From: an uncultured Aestuariivirga sp.
GTDB lineage: Bacteria; Pseudomonadota; Alphaproteobacteria; Rhizobiales; Aestuariivirgaceae
Reading direction: 5' to 3'
DNA length: 64,000 bases
NCBI GenBank assembly: GCA_964244825.1
Contig: CAXTKL010000001.1
Coordinates: forward strand, 1,480 to 65,479
In this document: piece by piece, positions 18,139 through 26,501 of the stretch
How the letters are laid out: each line of letters opens with the position of its first letter
Numbering within the stretch: position 1 is the first letter of the stretch
Notes under the pieces: model-generated
Database searches by the model: none
Told to the model about the DNA's origin: nothing
The model's input: only the letters and a program-made list of their open reading frames with translations
Program-made: the position numbers and the translations under genes

Positions 18139-19161
18139 ATGATGCCCAATGCCCCTATCGAAAACATCGAAAACCGCAAGCTGCTGCGCGAATTGGAAAA
18201 AGCCCACAATGAACTCAGGCTTTACCGGGCCGTGGTCGAGAATTTCCCGGGTGGCATCGTTTTGACGGATCAACATCTCGAGGTGGTCGTTTGCAATGAG
18301 CAGCAGAAGAAGTTGCTGAACTATGCACCCGAGCTATTTGAGGGCCGTACGCCGACTTTGCCCGAACTTTTCCGCTATAATGCCGCCCGCGGCGAATATG
18401 GCCCTGGCCGCCCCGAAGCGCTGGTTGCCGCAAAGATGGATCTGGTTGAGCAGCGCATTCCTCACGTGTTTGAGCGTGTGAGACCTGATGGCCGCGTCAT
18501 CGAGGTGCGCGGCGTGCCGATTGTGGGTGGTGGTTTCGTGACCAGCTACATTGATATCACTGAGCGCCGCAAGACCCAGGAAATGGTGCTGAAACTGGCA
18601 CTCACGGACACGCTGACGGGCCTCGCGAACCGTGTCGCGCTCGCCAAGGATTTTGAACAGTTCGCCGCACGGGCAAGACGCGGCGAACACTTCGCAGTGA
18701 TGTATGTTGATCTTGACGATTTCAAACCGGTCAATGACAAATACGGCCATAGAACTGGCGATGCGCTGCTGGAAGAGGTTGCCGGCCGATTGAAGGCCAA
18801 TGTGCGCGATACGGATATTGTCGCAAGATATGGCGGCGATGAGTTCATCATTTTACAGTCCGCCGTGTTGTCATCCAACTCGATCAAAGTGCTGGCACGG
18901 CGCTTATTGGATGTTCTGCAAGCGCCGTTCTATATCAATAATATTGAGATACGCGTGAGTGGAAGCATCGGCATTGCGCATTCTGCTAATACGTCTGCTG
19001 AGCTTACGCTCGACTACTTGCTCGGCATAGCTGATGTGCAAATGTACAAGTCAAAAAGCTTTCGCAAGGGCATGTATCACATTGAGGGCTGTGCAGACAA
19101 AAGCAAATGCTGTCTACGCGATACATGCACCTGCAATGACGCAGATTTTGTGAAATCCTGA
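18139..19161 (+). CDS. PAS-GGDEF diguanylate cyclase with Cys-rich C-terminal tail
   Basis: PAS-fold (NAARGEYGPG, RPDGRVIEVR), DTLTGLANR, DLDDFKPVND, RxxD I-site RDTD and intact RYGGDEF. Confidence 0.93.
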   Translation: MMPNAPIENIENRKLLRELEKAHNELRLYRAVVENFPGGIVLTDQHLEVVVCNEQQKKLLNYAPELFEGRTPTLPELFRYNAARGEYGPGRPEALVAAKMDLVEQRIPHVFERVRPDGRVIEVRGVPIVGGGFVTSYIDITERRKTQEMVLKLALTDTLTGLANRVALAKDFEQFAARARRGEHFAVMYVDLDDFKPVNDKYGHRTGDALLEEVAGRLKANVRDTDIVARYGGDEFIILQSAVLSSNSIKVLARRLLDVLQAPFYINNIEIRVSGSIGIAHSANTSAELTLDYLLGIADVQMYKSKSFRKGMYHIEGCADKSKCCLRDTCTCNDADFVKS

Positions 19162-19318
19162 CCAGCGAGAATTTCACTTATACCGATTCTGCACGTGGCG
19201 AACACCTGCCGGGGGCGACTTGCGTTGAAGGGGAGAGGCCACGCTGGGTAGCGGTATTGCCAGCACGTTTGGGGACCGAAAATGGCAAGAGTCTTTCGTA
19301 CCCACCCAGCGGGCCTCA
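19150..19318 (-). ncRNA. candidate structured small RNA (3' end uncertain)
   Basis: Long stem (19235-19256 pairs with 19299-19317; inner TTGCCA/TGGCAA) begins where the minus-strand promoter motif at 19325-19355 would initiate. Confidence 0.4.
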
Positions 19319-19324
19319 ATGCTC

Positions 19325-19355
19325 AAAATAGATGTGAAATCTTGTGCGGGCCTGC
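19325..19355 (-). promoter_or_regulatory. putative Rem/FtcR-type promoter on the minus strand
   Basis: Minus strand reads GCAG-gcccgca-CAAG-atttcacatc-TATTTT. Confidence 0.5.
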
Positions 19356-19440
19356 CCTCAATTTGCAGATGATACAAACAGTCGAATTGCAACTTTGGCA
19401 CTCAGTTTTCATTTACCATGCAACTGAATGTGCCACTGTG

Positions 19441-19456
19441 TTAGCGGGGTCTTAAC
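19441..19456 (+). promoter_or_regulatory. CtrA-like box upstream of flagellin 1
   Basis: TTAG-N7-TTAAC, one mismatch to TTAA-N7-TTAAC; same distance from the leader stem as at flagellin 2. Confidence 0.55.
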
Positions 19457-19479
19457 TTGTGACCTCTACAACCAACGCC

Positions 19480-19563
19480 ATGGCAGGGCTTCTGGCGAAA
19501 CTTCGCAAGTGAAGCACCAGTGAAGTGTTTACCTGCCATTCCGGTTTGAGCCCGGCATGTTCC
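19480..19563 (+). promoter_or_regulatory. structured 5' leader of flagellin 1
   Basis: ATGGCAGG...CCTGCCAT stem, then T-CCGG-tttgagc-CCGG-CATGT; architecture repeated before flagellin 2. Confidence 0.6.
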
Positions 19564-19599
19564 CCATAAATCAATCATCAAAAATAATGGAGCATAGCA

Positions 19600-20547
19600 A
19601 TGGCTAGCATCAATACGAACGTGGCTGCAATGACGGCTCTCAAGAGCCTGAACATGACCAATGCCAATCTTGAAAAAACCCAGAACCGCATTTCCACGGG
19701 TCTGAAGGTTGGCTCTGCTGAAGACAATGCCGCATATTGGTCAATCGCGACAACCATGAAGTCAGACAAGTCAGCCCTGTCCACGGTGAAAGATGCCCTG
19801 GGTCTTGGTGCAGCCACTGTGGACGTTGCTTCGACAGGTGCCAACGCGGCTATTGAAGTTGCAAAGGAAATCAAGAACAAACTGGTCGCCGCCCGTCAAC
19901 CCGGCGTTGACCGTGCAAAAATTCAGTCTGAAATCACGCAGCTGCAAAGCCAGATGACCAACATTGCGACACAGTCGACTTTTTCCGGCGAAAACTGGTT
20001 GTCCGTTGACTCAAGTGCTACAAACTACAACGCAACAAAGTCAATCGTGTCTTCTTTCACCCGTACCGGCGGTACCGTGGCGGTAGGCACGATCAGTGTG
20101 AGCCTGTCATCGGTCAAGTTGCTGGACGCCAGCACGACCGCAGATGGTATTCTGGATACCGAACGCGATGCCACAACGGGTGCGGCGTTGACTGCCGCAG
20201 CCACAGGTTCATTCAAAGTAACCACATTGGACATCTCCACACTTACCGACTCGGCTGCTGACCTTGCAACGCTTGATGGTTACATCAAGGGTACTGACGC
20301 GGCCGTCACGTCGATGACCACAGCATCGGCAACACTTGGGTCTGCCAAGCAACGCATCAGTCTGCAAAAGGACTTCGTGACAGCATTGTCCGATGCCATT
20401 GAACGGGGCGTCGGTTCGCTGATCGATGCTGATATGACGGAAGAGTCGACAAAGCTTCAGGCCCTTCAGGTACAGCAGCAGTTGGGCGTGCAGGCGCTCA
20501 GCATTGCCAACCAGAGCAGTCAGTCGATCATTTCCCTGTTCCGCTAA
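19600..20547 (+). CDS. flaA: flagellin
   Basis: SINTNVAAMTAL, RISTGLKV, DNAAYWSIAT and DADMTEESTKLQALQVQQQL. Confidence 0.96.
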   Translation: MASINTNVAAMTALKSLNMTNANLEKTQNRISTGLKVGSAEDNAAYWSIATTMKSDKSALSTVKDALGLGAATVDVASTGANAAIEVAKEIKNKLVAARQPGVDRAKIQSEITQLQSQMTNIATQSTFSGENWLSVDSSATNYNATKSIVSSFTRTGGTVAVGTISVSLSSVKLLDASTTADGILDTERDATTGAALTAAATGSFKVTTLDISTLTDSAADLATLDGYIKGTDAAVTSMTTASATLGSAKQRISLQKDFVTALSDAIERGVGSLIDADMTEESTKLQALQVQQQLGVQALSIANQSSQSIISLFR

Positions 20548-20565
20548 GCTTGCCGGGGGCGAAAC

Positions 20566-20599
20566 TGGTGCGGGGCTGTAACAAGTCCCGCACCATCTT
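20566..20599 (+). terminator. stem-loop downstream of flagellin 1
   Basis: TGGTGCGGGGCT-gtaaca-AGTCCCGCACCA followed by a short TCTT tail. Confidence 0.5.
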
Positions 20600-20626
20600 G
20601 GGGATGCCCCATTAAAGTCCATGGAC

Positions 20627-20642
20627 TTAACCCGGCATTAAC
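20627..20642 (+). promoter_or_regulatory. perfect CtrA box upstream of flagellin 2
   Basis: TTAA-cccggca-TTAAC. Confidence 0.7.
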
Positions 20643-20665
20643 TGCAATTGTATCAAATCGGCATC

Positions 20666-20734
20666 ATGACGAAGGCGAAAATGTTCGCCTGGCATGATGC
20701 CTTTTCGTTATTCCGGCCTTGATCCGGCATGTCC
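20666..20734 (+). promoter_or_regulatory. structured 5' leader of flagellin 2
   Basis: ATGACGAA...TTCGTTAT stem enclosing GGCGAA/TTCGCC and GGCA/TGCC hairpins, then T-CCGG-ccttgat-CCGG-CATGT. Confidence 0.6.
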
Positions 20735-20766
20735 TGCATTTCCAGTTTGCCTTGGAGCACAATGAC

Positions 20767-21693
20767 ATGACGAGTATCAATACTAACCGTGCTGCGATGA
20801 CGGCATTGCAGAGCCTCAACGTGACCAACATGAAGCTCGAGGCGACGCAACAGCGCATATCGACGGGCCTGCGCGTGTCGACTGCCACGGACAACGCGGC
20901 CTACTGGTCGATTGCCACGACCATGCGCTCAGATAACTCATCACTTTCAACAGTGAAGGACGCATTGGGACTTGGGGCCGCAACGGTTGATGTGTCGTAT
21001 ACTGCACTCAATGCCTCGATTGAGTCCGTCAAGGAAATCAAAGACAAGCTGGTGGCCGCTCGCCAACCTGGCGTCGACCGCAATAAAATTCAGACGGAAA
21101 TCAAGGAACGCCAGAATCAGTTGCGCTCTGTCGCAAATTCGGCGACGTTCTCGGGTGAAAATTGGTTGGCCGTCGATTCAAGCCTGCCTGGTTATAACCC
21201 AGTCAAGTCCATTGTCTCGTCATTTTCGCGAGGAGTCACGGGCGTTACAATTCAGACCATTGAATTTGACGGCAACGCCAGCAAACTGATTGACAGCAGC
21301 AATCAGTCCGGGATTCTGGACACGGAAGACACCACCACGAACGGCGGGGTAAACTATTCGATCCTAAATCTAGATATATCTGCATTGACCACGTCGGCTG
21401 CTGACACAACGGATCTTGAACAGATCATCAAATGGGTGGACCAAGGTCTGAGTGCCATGATCGACTCCGCCGCCAATTTGGGCGCAGTCAAAAGTAGAAT
21501 TGATTCCCAGAGTGATTTCGTTCGCGTGCTGATGGAAGCCGTGGAGCGGGGTGTCGGAACGTTGGTCGATGCAGACATGACGGAAGAGTCGACCAAACTC
21601 CAGGCGTTGCAGGTGCAGCAGCAACTGGGCGTGCAGTCCCTCAGCATTGCCAACCAGAGCAGCCAGAACATCCTGTCACTGTTCAAGGGCTAA
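20767..21693 (+). CDS. flagellin (second paralog)
   Basis: MTSINTNRAAMTAL, DNAAYWSIAT and DADMTEESTKLQ; start moved to ATG 20767 after GGAG. Confidence 0.96.
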   Translation: MTSINTNRAAMTALQSLNVTNMKLEATQQRISTGLRVSTATDNAAYWSIATTMRSDNSSLSTVKDALGLGAATVDVSYTALNASIESVKEIKDKLVAARQPGVDRNKIQTEIKERQNQLRSVANSATFSGENWLAVDSSLPGYNPVKSIVSSFSRGVTGVTIQTIEFDGNASKLIDSSNQSGILDTEDTTTNGGVNYSILNLDISALTTSAADTTDLEQIIKWVDQGLSAMIDSAANLGAVKSRIDSQSDFVRVLMEAVERGVGTLVDADMTEESTKLQALQVQQQLGVQSLSIANQSSQNILSLFKG

Positions 21694-21761
21694 TCTTACC
21701 GACGTGAAGCGTTGAGCCGCAAACCACCGAATAATCATCAGACCGTGAAGTAGTCAGTAGC

Positions 21762-23390
21762 ATGTTGTTCTTGCAGAAATTGGCGGCCTCGCTTTTGGGT
21801 CTTGGTATTAGGCGTCTGCTGTTGCTCGGTATTGTCATCATCACGATTTTTTCCTTCATCACGATCAGTGTTTACAGCTTTCGCGCACCCGTCAGATCAA
21901 TACTGTACTCTAATCTGGACAAAGCCGATGTCAGCGCAATTGGCGCTGCCCTTTCCGAAGTGGGCTTTGCCTTTGATGTCAATGAAGCAGGTGACGCAGT
22001 ATACGTTGACTTCGGCAAAACAGCCCAGGCGCGCATGCTTCTGGCGGAACGTGGCCTGCCCAAAAGTGACAAGTCGGGCTATGACCTGTTTGATCAGATG
22101 GGGTCCTTGGGCCTCACGTCCTTCATGCAACAAGTTACCAAGGTGCGTGCGCTTGAGGGCGAACTGGTGCGCACCATACAACAACTTGACGGCATAAAAT
22201 CGGCACGAGTCCATCTCGCATTGAAAGCTGACGGTGTGTTGCGCAACAAGGACAGCCGACCCACGGCATCTGTGGTCATACGCGTGGATGGAACGCCACG
22301 TGAAAACATTGCCTCGACGATCCGCCACATTGTTGCGGCTGCCATTCCAGGTTTGCAACCTGATCAGGTGATGGTGAGTACAACCGACGGGAAACTGTTG
22401 ACAGGCTCACCCTCTTCAGAAGATTCAAGCACAGGTGAATTGCTTGATCTGGAAACACGCATCTCCGATGAAATTGGAAAGCGGGTGACCAATACATTGG
22501 AACCCTTTGCTGGTGCCGAAAACATTCGCGTCAGTGTTTCTACGACCATCAACCTGGACAAGCGTCAAATCAACGAAACCAAATATGACCCCAATTCGAA
22601 AGTGGAGCGCTCGTCCTACGTTGTAAAATCAACGGATACCAGCAAGGAGGCTGCATCTGCGCCGTCCGTGTCTGTTGACCAGAACATTCCACAAGAAGTG
22701 AAACCAGCCGCTGCTGCCGACTCTTCCAGCAAGAAGAAAGAGGACAAGCAGGAAACGGTCAATTATGAAGTCGACTCCAGGCAGACTGCTACTGTTTCGG
22801 CCGGTTACATCATCGAGAGGATGTCGGTAGCCGTGGTCGTGAACAAGAAAGCTGTGTTGAGTAACTTGCCTGCTGGCAGCGATGCAAAGGAACTGACTTC
22901 TCGGCTTGCTGAAGTCGAGGCGATTGTGCGCTCTGCGTCTGGCGCTGTTGAGGCAAGGGGAGACGTCGTCAAAGTGTCGGCGATCGACTTTTTTGTGGAT
23001 GAGATGCCGCCGGACCAGAACATCCAATTGGGAATTAAAGATTATATTGCCGGAAATCTGGGTACGATCATCAACGCTGTCAGTCTGATTGTTGCAATGC
23101 TGGCCGTGTTGCTCTTGGGCCTGCGGCCCGCACTTAAAATTCTGGTGGCTGACTCTCGGCCAGAGCCAACGCCTTTGGCGTTTCCGGCAACGGCTGCGAG
23201 TGCAGCGTTGATGGCGCCACCAAGCCAGGTCAACAGCACTGGCGAGGTTGCTTCTGACAGTGAGACTGGAGCCAGTGCGCGATCGAAATCGCCGACTGAG
23301 CATCTCAACACCCTGGTTGATGTTGATGTGGATCGCGCTGCCCAGGTGCTGAAGAAATGGCTCAATGATGCAGAGCGCAACGCCGCATGA
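21762..23390 (+). CDS. fliF: flagellar MS-ring protein
   Basis: ARMLLAERGLP, GYDLFD, RALEGELVRTI, SARVHL and RGDVVKV; two TM segments. Confidence 0.95.
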   Translation: MLFLQKLAASLLGLGIRRLLLLGIVIITIFSFITISVYSFRAPVRSILYSNLDKADVSAIGAALSEVGFAFDVNEAGDAVYVDFGKTAQARMLLAERGLPKSDKSGYDLFDQMGSLGLTSFMQQVTKVRALEGELVRTIQQLDGIKSARVHLALKADGVLRNKDSRPTASVVIRVDGTPRENIASTIRHIVAAAIPGLQPDQVMVSTTDGKLLTGSPSSEDSSTGELLDLETRISDEIGKRVTNTLEPFAGAENIRVSVSTTINLDKRQINETKYDPNSKVERSSYVVKSTDTSKEAASAPSVSVDQNIPQEVKPAAAADSSSKKKEDKQETVNYEVDSRQTATVSAGYIIERMSVAVVVNKKAVLSNLPAGSDAKELTSRLAEVEAIVRSASGAVEARGDVVKVSAIDFFVDEMPPDQNIQLGIKDYIAGNLGTIINAVSLIVAMLAVLLLGLRPALKILVADSRPEPTPLAFPATAASAALMAPPSQVNSTGEVASDSETGASARSKSPTEHLNTLVDVDVDRAAQVLKKWLNDAERNAA

Positions 23391-23959
23391 CACCTTTTGC
23401 AAAGTGGTTCTCTGCCCGGGCTGCGGGAGAGGCGCGGCATGATGAAAATGATGTGCCACCAGAATATTGTGTGATGATGAATGACACCCAGGGTGAAATG
23501 ACGGGACTGCTGGACGCAATACTTGAAAATCTGTTGACTTCTTCAGTCCTAGGCCTCCGCACCACACTGAATATGGCATCGGTACAAGCATCGGAAGTCC
23601 AAGTTTGCAGTCAAAGAAACGCATTCCTGGACGGGATTGCTGAAGCTGAAGCAAGAATCACGGACGCCGTTGCAAACGCACTTATGCCCGTGTTGTCGGA
23701 ACATCTGCTGCAGCAGGCCATTAAAGAGTTTTCCGCGCTGATCAAGACATTGCTTCCCGAATTTGATGGGCAGGCGGTGGTCATTCGAGCCCCCTCTGAG
23801 ATCAAGACGATCCTTGACGAGGCTTTGAAGCGTGAGGCACTAGAAGCTGACATTATGAATTCAGATGACGGCAATATTTCGGTTCAAGGCGGCCAATTTA
23901 AAGTCTCAGTCGTCTTGAATGATTGGAGCTTGAAACTCAAAGGGGCTCTTGCTGCATGA
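23387..23959 (+). CDS. conserved flagellar-cluster protein before motB (possibly FliH-like)
   Basis: Coupled to fliF; helical then alpha/beta C-terminus; same position as an uncharacterised gene in Rhizobiales clusters. Confidence 0.6.
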   Translation: MTPFAKWFSARAAGEARHDENDVPPEYCVMMNDTQGEMTGLLDAILENLLTSSVLGLRTTLNMASVQASEVQVCSQRNAFLDGIAEAEARITDAVANALMPVLSEHLLQQAIKEFSALIKTLLPEFDGQAVVIRAPSEIKTILDEALKREALEADIMNSDDGNISVQGGQFKVSVVLNDWSLKLKGALAA

Positions 23960-25122
23960 GCGATAGAAACCCTGCTATTCAGGAAATCATTATCGTGCGC
24001 CGCGGCGGTGGCGATGAATCTGGTGGCCATCATGGTGGCGCATGGAAAATTGCCTATGCGGATTTTGTGACGGCCATGATGGCGTTTTTTCTCGTGATGT
24101 GGCTTATCAATTCCGCGAATGAAGTCACCAAATCCAGGGTCGCCAGCTACTTCAATCCGATAAAGATGACGGACGCAACGGCAAGCGGCCGCGGTTTGAA
24201 AAATACATCGGACAAGAAAGCCACTGAAGAACAACAGGACAAAAAAGAAAGTGGTAGCGAAAAAGCCAGTTCTGAAAGCGAAAAGAAGTCCGAGAGTGCC
24301 GAAAGGTCCGAACAAAAATTGTTGCAAGATCCGTTTTCAGAATTGGCCACAATCATGGCCGGAAAAGTAGAAATCAGCGCCACGAAATTGAATGATGTCA
24401 ACAGCCGCACAGTTGGTGACCCATTTGATCCGAGAGCGTGGGAAGCGTTGCGTAACGGCCGAAAGTCTGATGACTTGCAAAATCTTGCCGATGAGAAAAA
24501 CAACGATGATGGAAAGGATTTGGGGGCAAAAAAAGTTATCTCAATGACAGCTAAAGACAATGCCAGCAAAGGCAACACACAGAAATCAACCGTTGCCGAG
24601 ACTGCTTCAAATGATGTGCAGATTGGTAAAGGCGCAGCGGGAGCTGAGAGCGATGACGAAACCCTATTGCTGAAGAACGCTGTTATGGCGATCGTTGACA
24701 AACACAAAGCCGAAATCGACGTTTCTGTAAAAGTTCAAAAGACTGATGAAGGGCTTCTGATTGTGCTGGGTGACAACAGCGGCCGAGGCATGTTTGCCAT
24801 TGGCTCTGCCAAACCCAGTGAAGCATTGATCGACATTGTTGGCGTCATCGGAAAGTTGCTTGCTGATAGAGCAGGTGGCGTCGTCATCCGTGGTCACACC
24901 GACAGCCGCAAATACCGCTCCGGCCGTTTTGATAACTGGCAGTTGTCAACTTCGCGCGCACATATGGCAAGTTATATGTTGATGCGTGGCGGACTTGACG
25001 AGACAAGGCTGCGGCGTGTTGAAGGTCTTGGTGCGGCATCGCCGTTATCGGTGGATGATCCGGGAGCGGACGCTAATCGCCGCGTTGAATTCCTGCTGGT
25101 TGACGAGAAGGATATGCGATGA
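23956..25122 (+). CDS. motB: flagellar stator protein MotB
   Basis: WKIAYADFVTAMMAFFLVMWL, OmpA-like RGHTD, NWQLS and NRRVEF; start ATG 23956. Confidence 0.95.
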   Translation: MSDRNPAIQEIIIVRRGGGDESGGHHGGAWKIAYADFVTAMMAFFLVMWLINSANEVTKSRVASYFNPIKMTDATASGRGLKNTSDKKATEEQQDKKESGSEKASSESEKKSESAERSEQKLLQDPFSELATIMAGKVEISATKLNDVNSRTVGDPFDPRAWEALRNGRKSDDLQNLADEKNNDDGKDLGAKKVISMTAKDNASKGNTQKSTVAETASNDVQIGKGAAGAESDDETLLLKNAVMAIVDKHKAEIDVSVKVQKTDEGLLIVLGDNSGRGMFAIGSAKPSEALIDIVGVIGKLLADRAGGVVIRGHTDSRKYRSGRFDNWQLSTSRAHMASYMLMRGGLDETRLRRVEGLGAASPLSVDDPGADANRRVEFLLVDEKDMR

Positions 25123-26501
25123 CGCCTAAGCGTATTCTGGTGATCGCCGCACTGGCGCTGTCTGTGAGCGGAGCAGCAACCTTGGCAGTGGCATTTATCT
25201 GGCCAACAGCTATCTCGCATGTGCTGCCAAAACTCCAATTCCAACAACAGCCTGCACATGAGCGCCCATTCGGGTCGCTGGCTTCGTTGGGAAAGGAAAG
25301 CCCTGCAACGATGCCGCAAGTGCCAGAAACAGGTGCGAACAAGGAATTTGTGTTAGCTGCGGCCGCCGATTACGCACCACCGTCGACGCGCCGCAGCGTC
25401 GTCGCGCAGGCTGTGCGGGATGTCTTTCTGGCACAGGCCGGCATGGCAAGAGGAGACAAGGAAGCACCTCATCAACTCAAGGCGGCAATGCGGATACTGC
25501 CTCCATTGCTGCGCCGTCCTGACCCGGAAGAACTGACATCGACTGAAGTTCAATCAGCTGCACTCTATGTTCTCTCCGGCGGCGAACCTGCGAGCCTGGA
25601 TGCTCTTTCCATTTCGCCAAGAGTCGCGGAGGCGCAGCGCAAGCTTTTGCAAGGCGTCAAAGACTATGCAAGTGCGGATTTAGAGAAAGCCAGAAAGGAG
25701 TTGGATTGGCAACATTCTGAACAATTCAATTCCGTGCTTGCGGCTCAGCTCTCAATCGCGCGCGCACAACTCTTGCCAGTGGATGACTTCGAGCAAAGTG
25801 TTCGCTACCTGGCTTTTGCCGCAGACAGCGTGCCCGGTTCCTTGATTGAAGAAGCCGCCATGCGAAGAATAGTTGACCGATCGGCAAATGCGAAAAGTTC
25901 CGCAGTTCTTTTTTACTGGTCACAGCGGTATCTGAGGCGATTTCCCAACTCGCTCTATTACCAGGATTTTCAAACCAGCCTTGTGTCAGCAATTTCCAGT
26001 CTTATGGCGAAGCATGTCAAATTAGAACCAGATGCTCTGAAGGAATTGTTTCGCGTAGCGGGCGAAAGTCGGGCAGCAGCACTCTCCCACCTCGTCTTGT
26101 TGCAAGCCCTTCACAGTGGAAATACGGATTTTTGCCGAGAACTCGATCGTACCTTGGCGCAAAGTTACGTGATGGATTCAACAATTTTTAGAAATGTTTC
26201 TGCTTTGGTGAAAATCTGCAATGCTGCGGAAGGCGGCCCACAGAATCTTGCGGCTTTGCGTGCACTTCGCCATGTTGATCTCGACACTGGCGTGACTCGT
26301 TTGCTGGAACAAGCCATTTCAATTTCGGAAACCATAGAAGACGACACGAGTCTCGTGGACGATGGTCGCTTTGGACCTGGGCTGCCATTGGCGTCCGAGC
26401 CGGACTACGCTGATCTGGTTGCAAGCGTGACGCAACAATTGGGTGGCAGTATTAAAACCAGCAACAGGATTGGAACCAATGAGAGTGACCTCACCAGATG
26501 A
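25119..26501 (+). CDS. motC: periplasmic motility protein MotC
   Basis: YVLSGG, PGSLIEEAAMRR and YLRRFPNSLY motifs; directly after motB. Confidence 0.85.
   Translation: MTPKRILVIAALALSVSGAATLAVAFIWPTAISHVLPKLQFQQQPAHERPFGSLASLGKESPATMPQVPETGANKEFVLAAAADYAPPSTRRSVVAQAVRDVFLAQAGMARGDKEAPHQLKAAMRILPPLLRRPDPEELTSTEVQSAALYVLSGGEPASLDALSISPRVAEAQRKLLQGVKDYASADLEKARKELDWQHSEQFNSVLAAQLSIARAQLLPVDDFEQSVRYLAFAADSVPGSLIEEAAMRRIVDRSANAKSSAVLFYWSQRYLRRFPNSLYYQDFQTSLVSAISSLMAKHVKLEPDALKELFRVAGESRAAALSHLVLLQALHSGNTDFCRELDRTLAQSYVMDSTIFRNVSALVKICNAAEGGPQNLAALRALRHVDLDTGVTRLLEQAISISETIEDDTSLVDDGRFGPGLPLASEPDYADLVASVTQQLGGSIKTSNRIGTNESDLTR

Noticed and set aside
19077-19319. 80-aa minus-strand ORF starting at the predicted sRNA start
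   Set aside because: It would need a leaderless TTG start at the foot of a strong hairpin and has no protein-like features; a non-coding reading is preferred.
20420-21693. Near-identical C-termini of the two flagellins as evidence of recent gene conversion or phase variation
   Set aside because: The DNA differs at many synonymous positions and no invertase or flanking inverted repeats are visible; this is ordinary protein-level conservation.
21709-21740. Possible eighth Rem-type promoter before fliF (CCGCAAA...TAATCA)
   Set aside because: CAAA replaces CAAG, the first half-site is absent at the 11-bp position, and the -10 spacing is 8 rather than 10.
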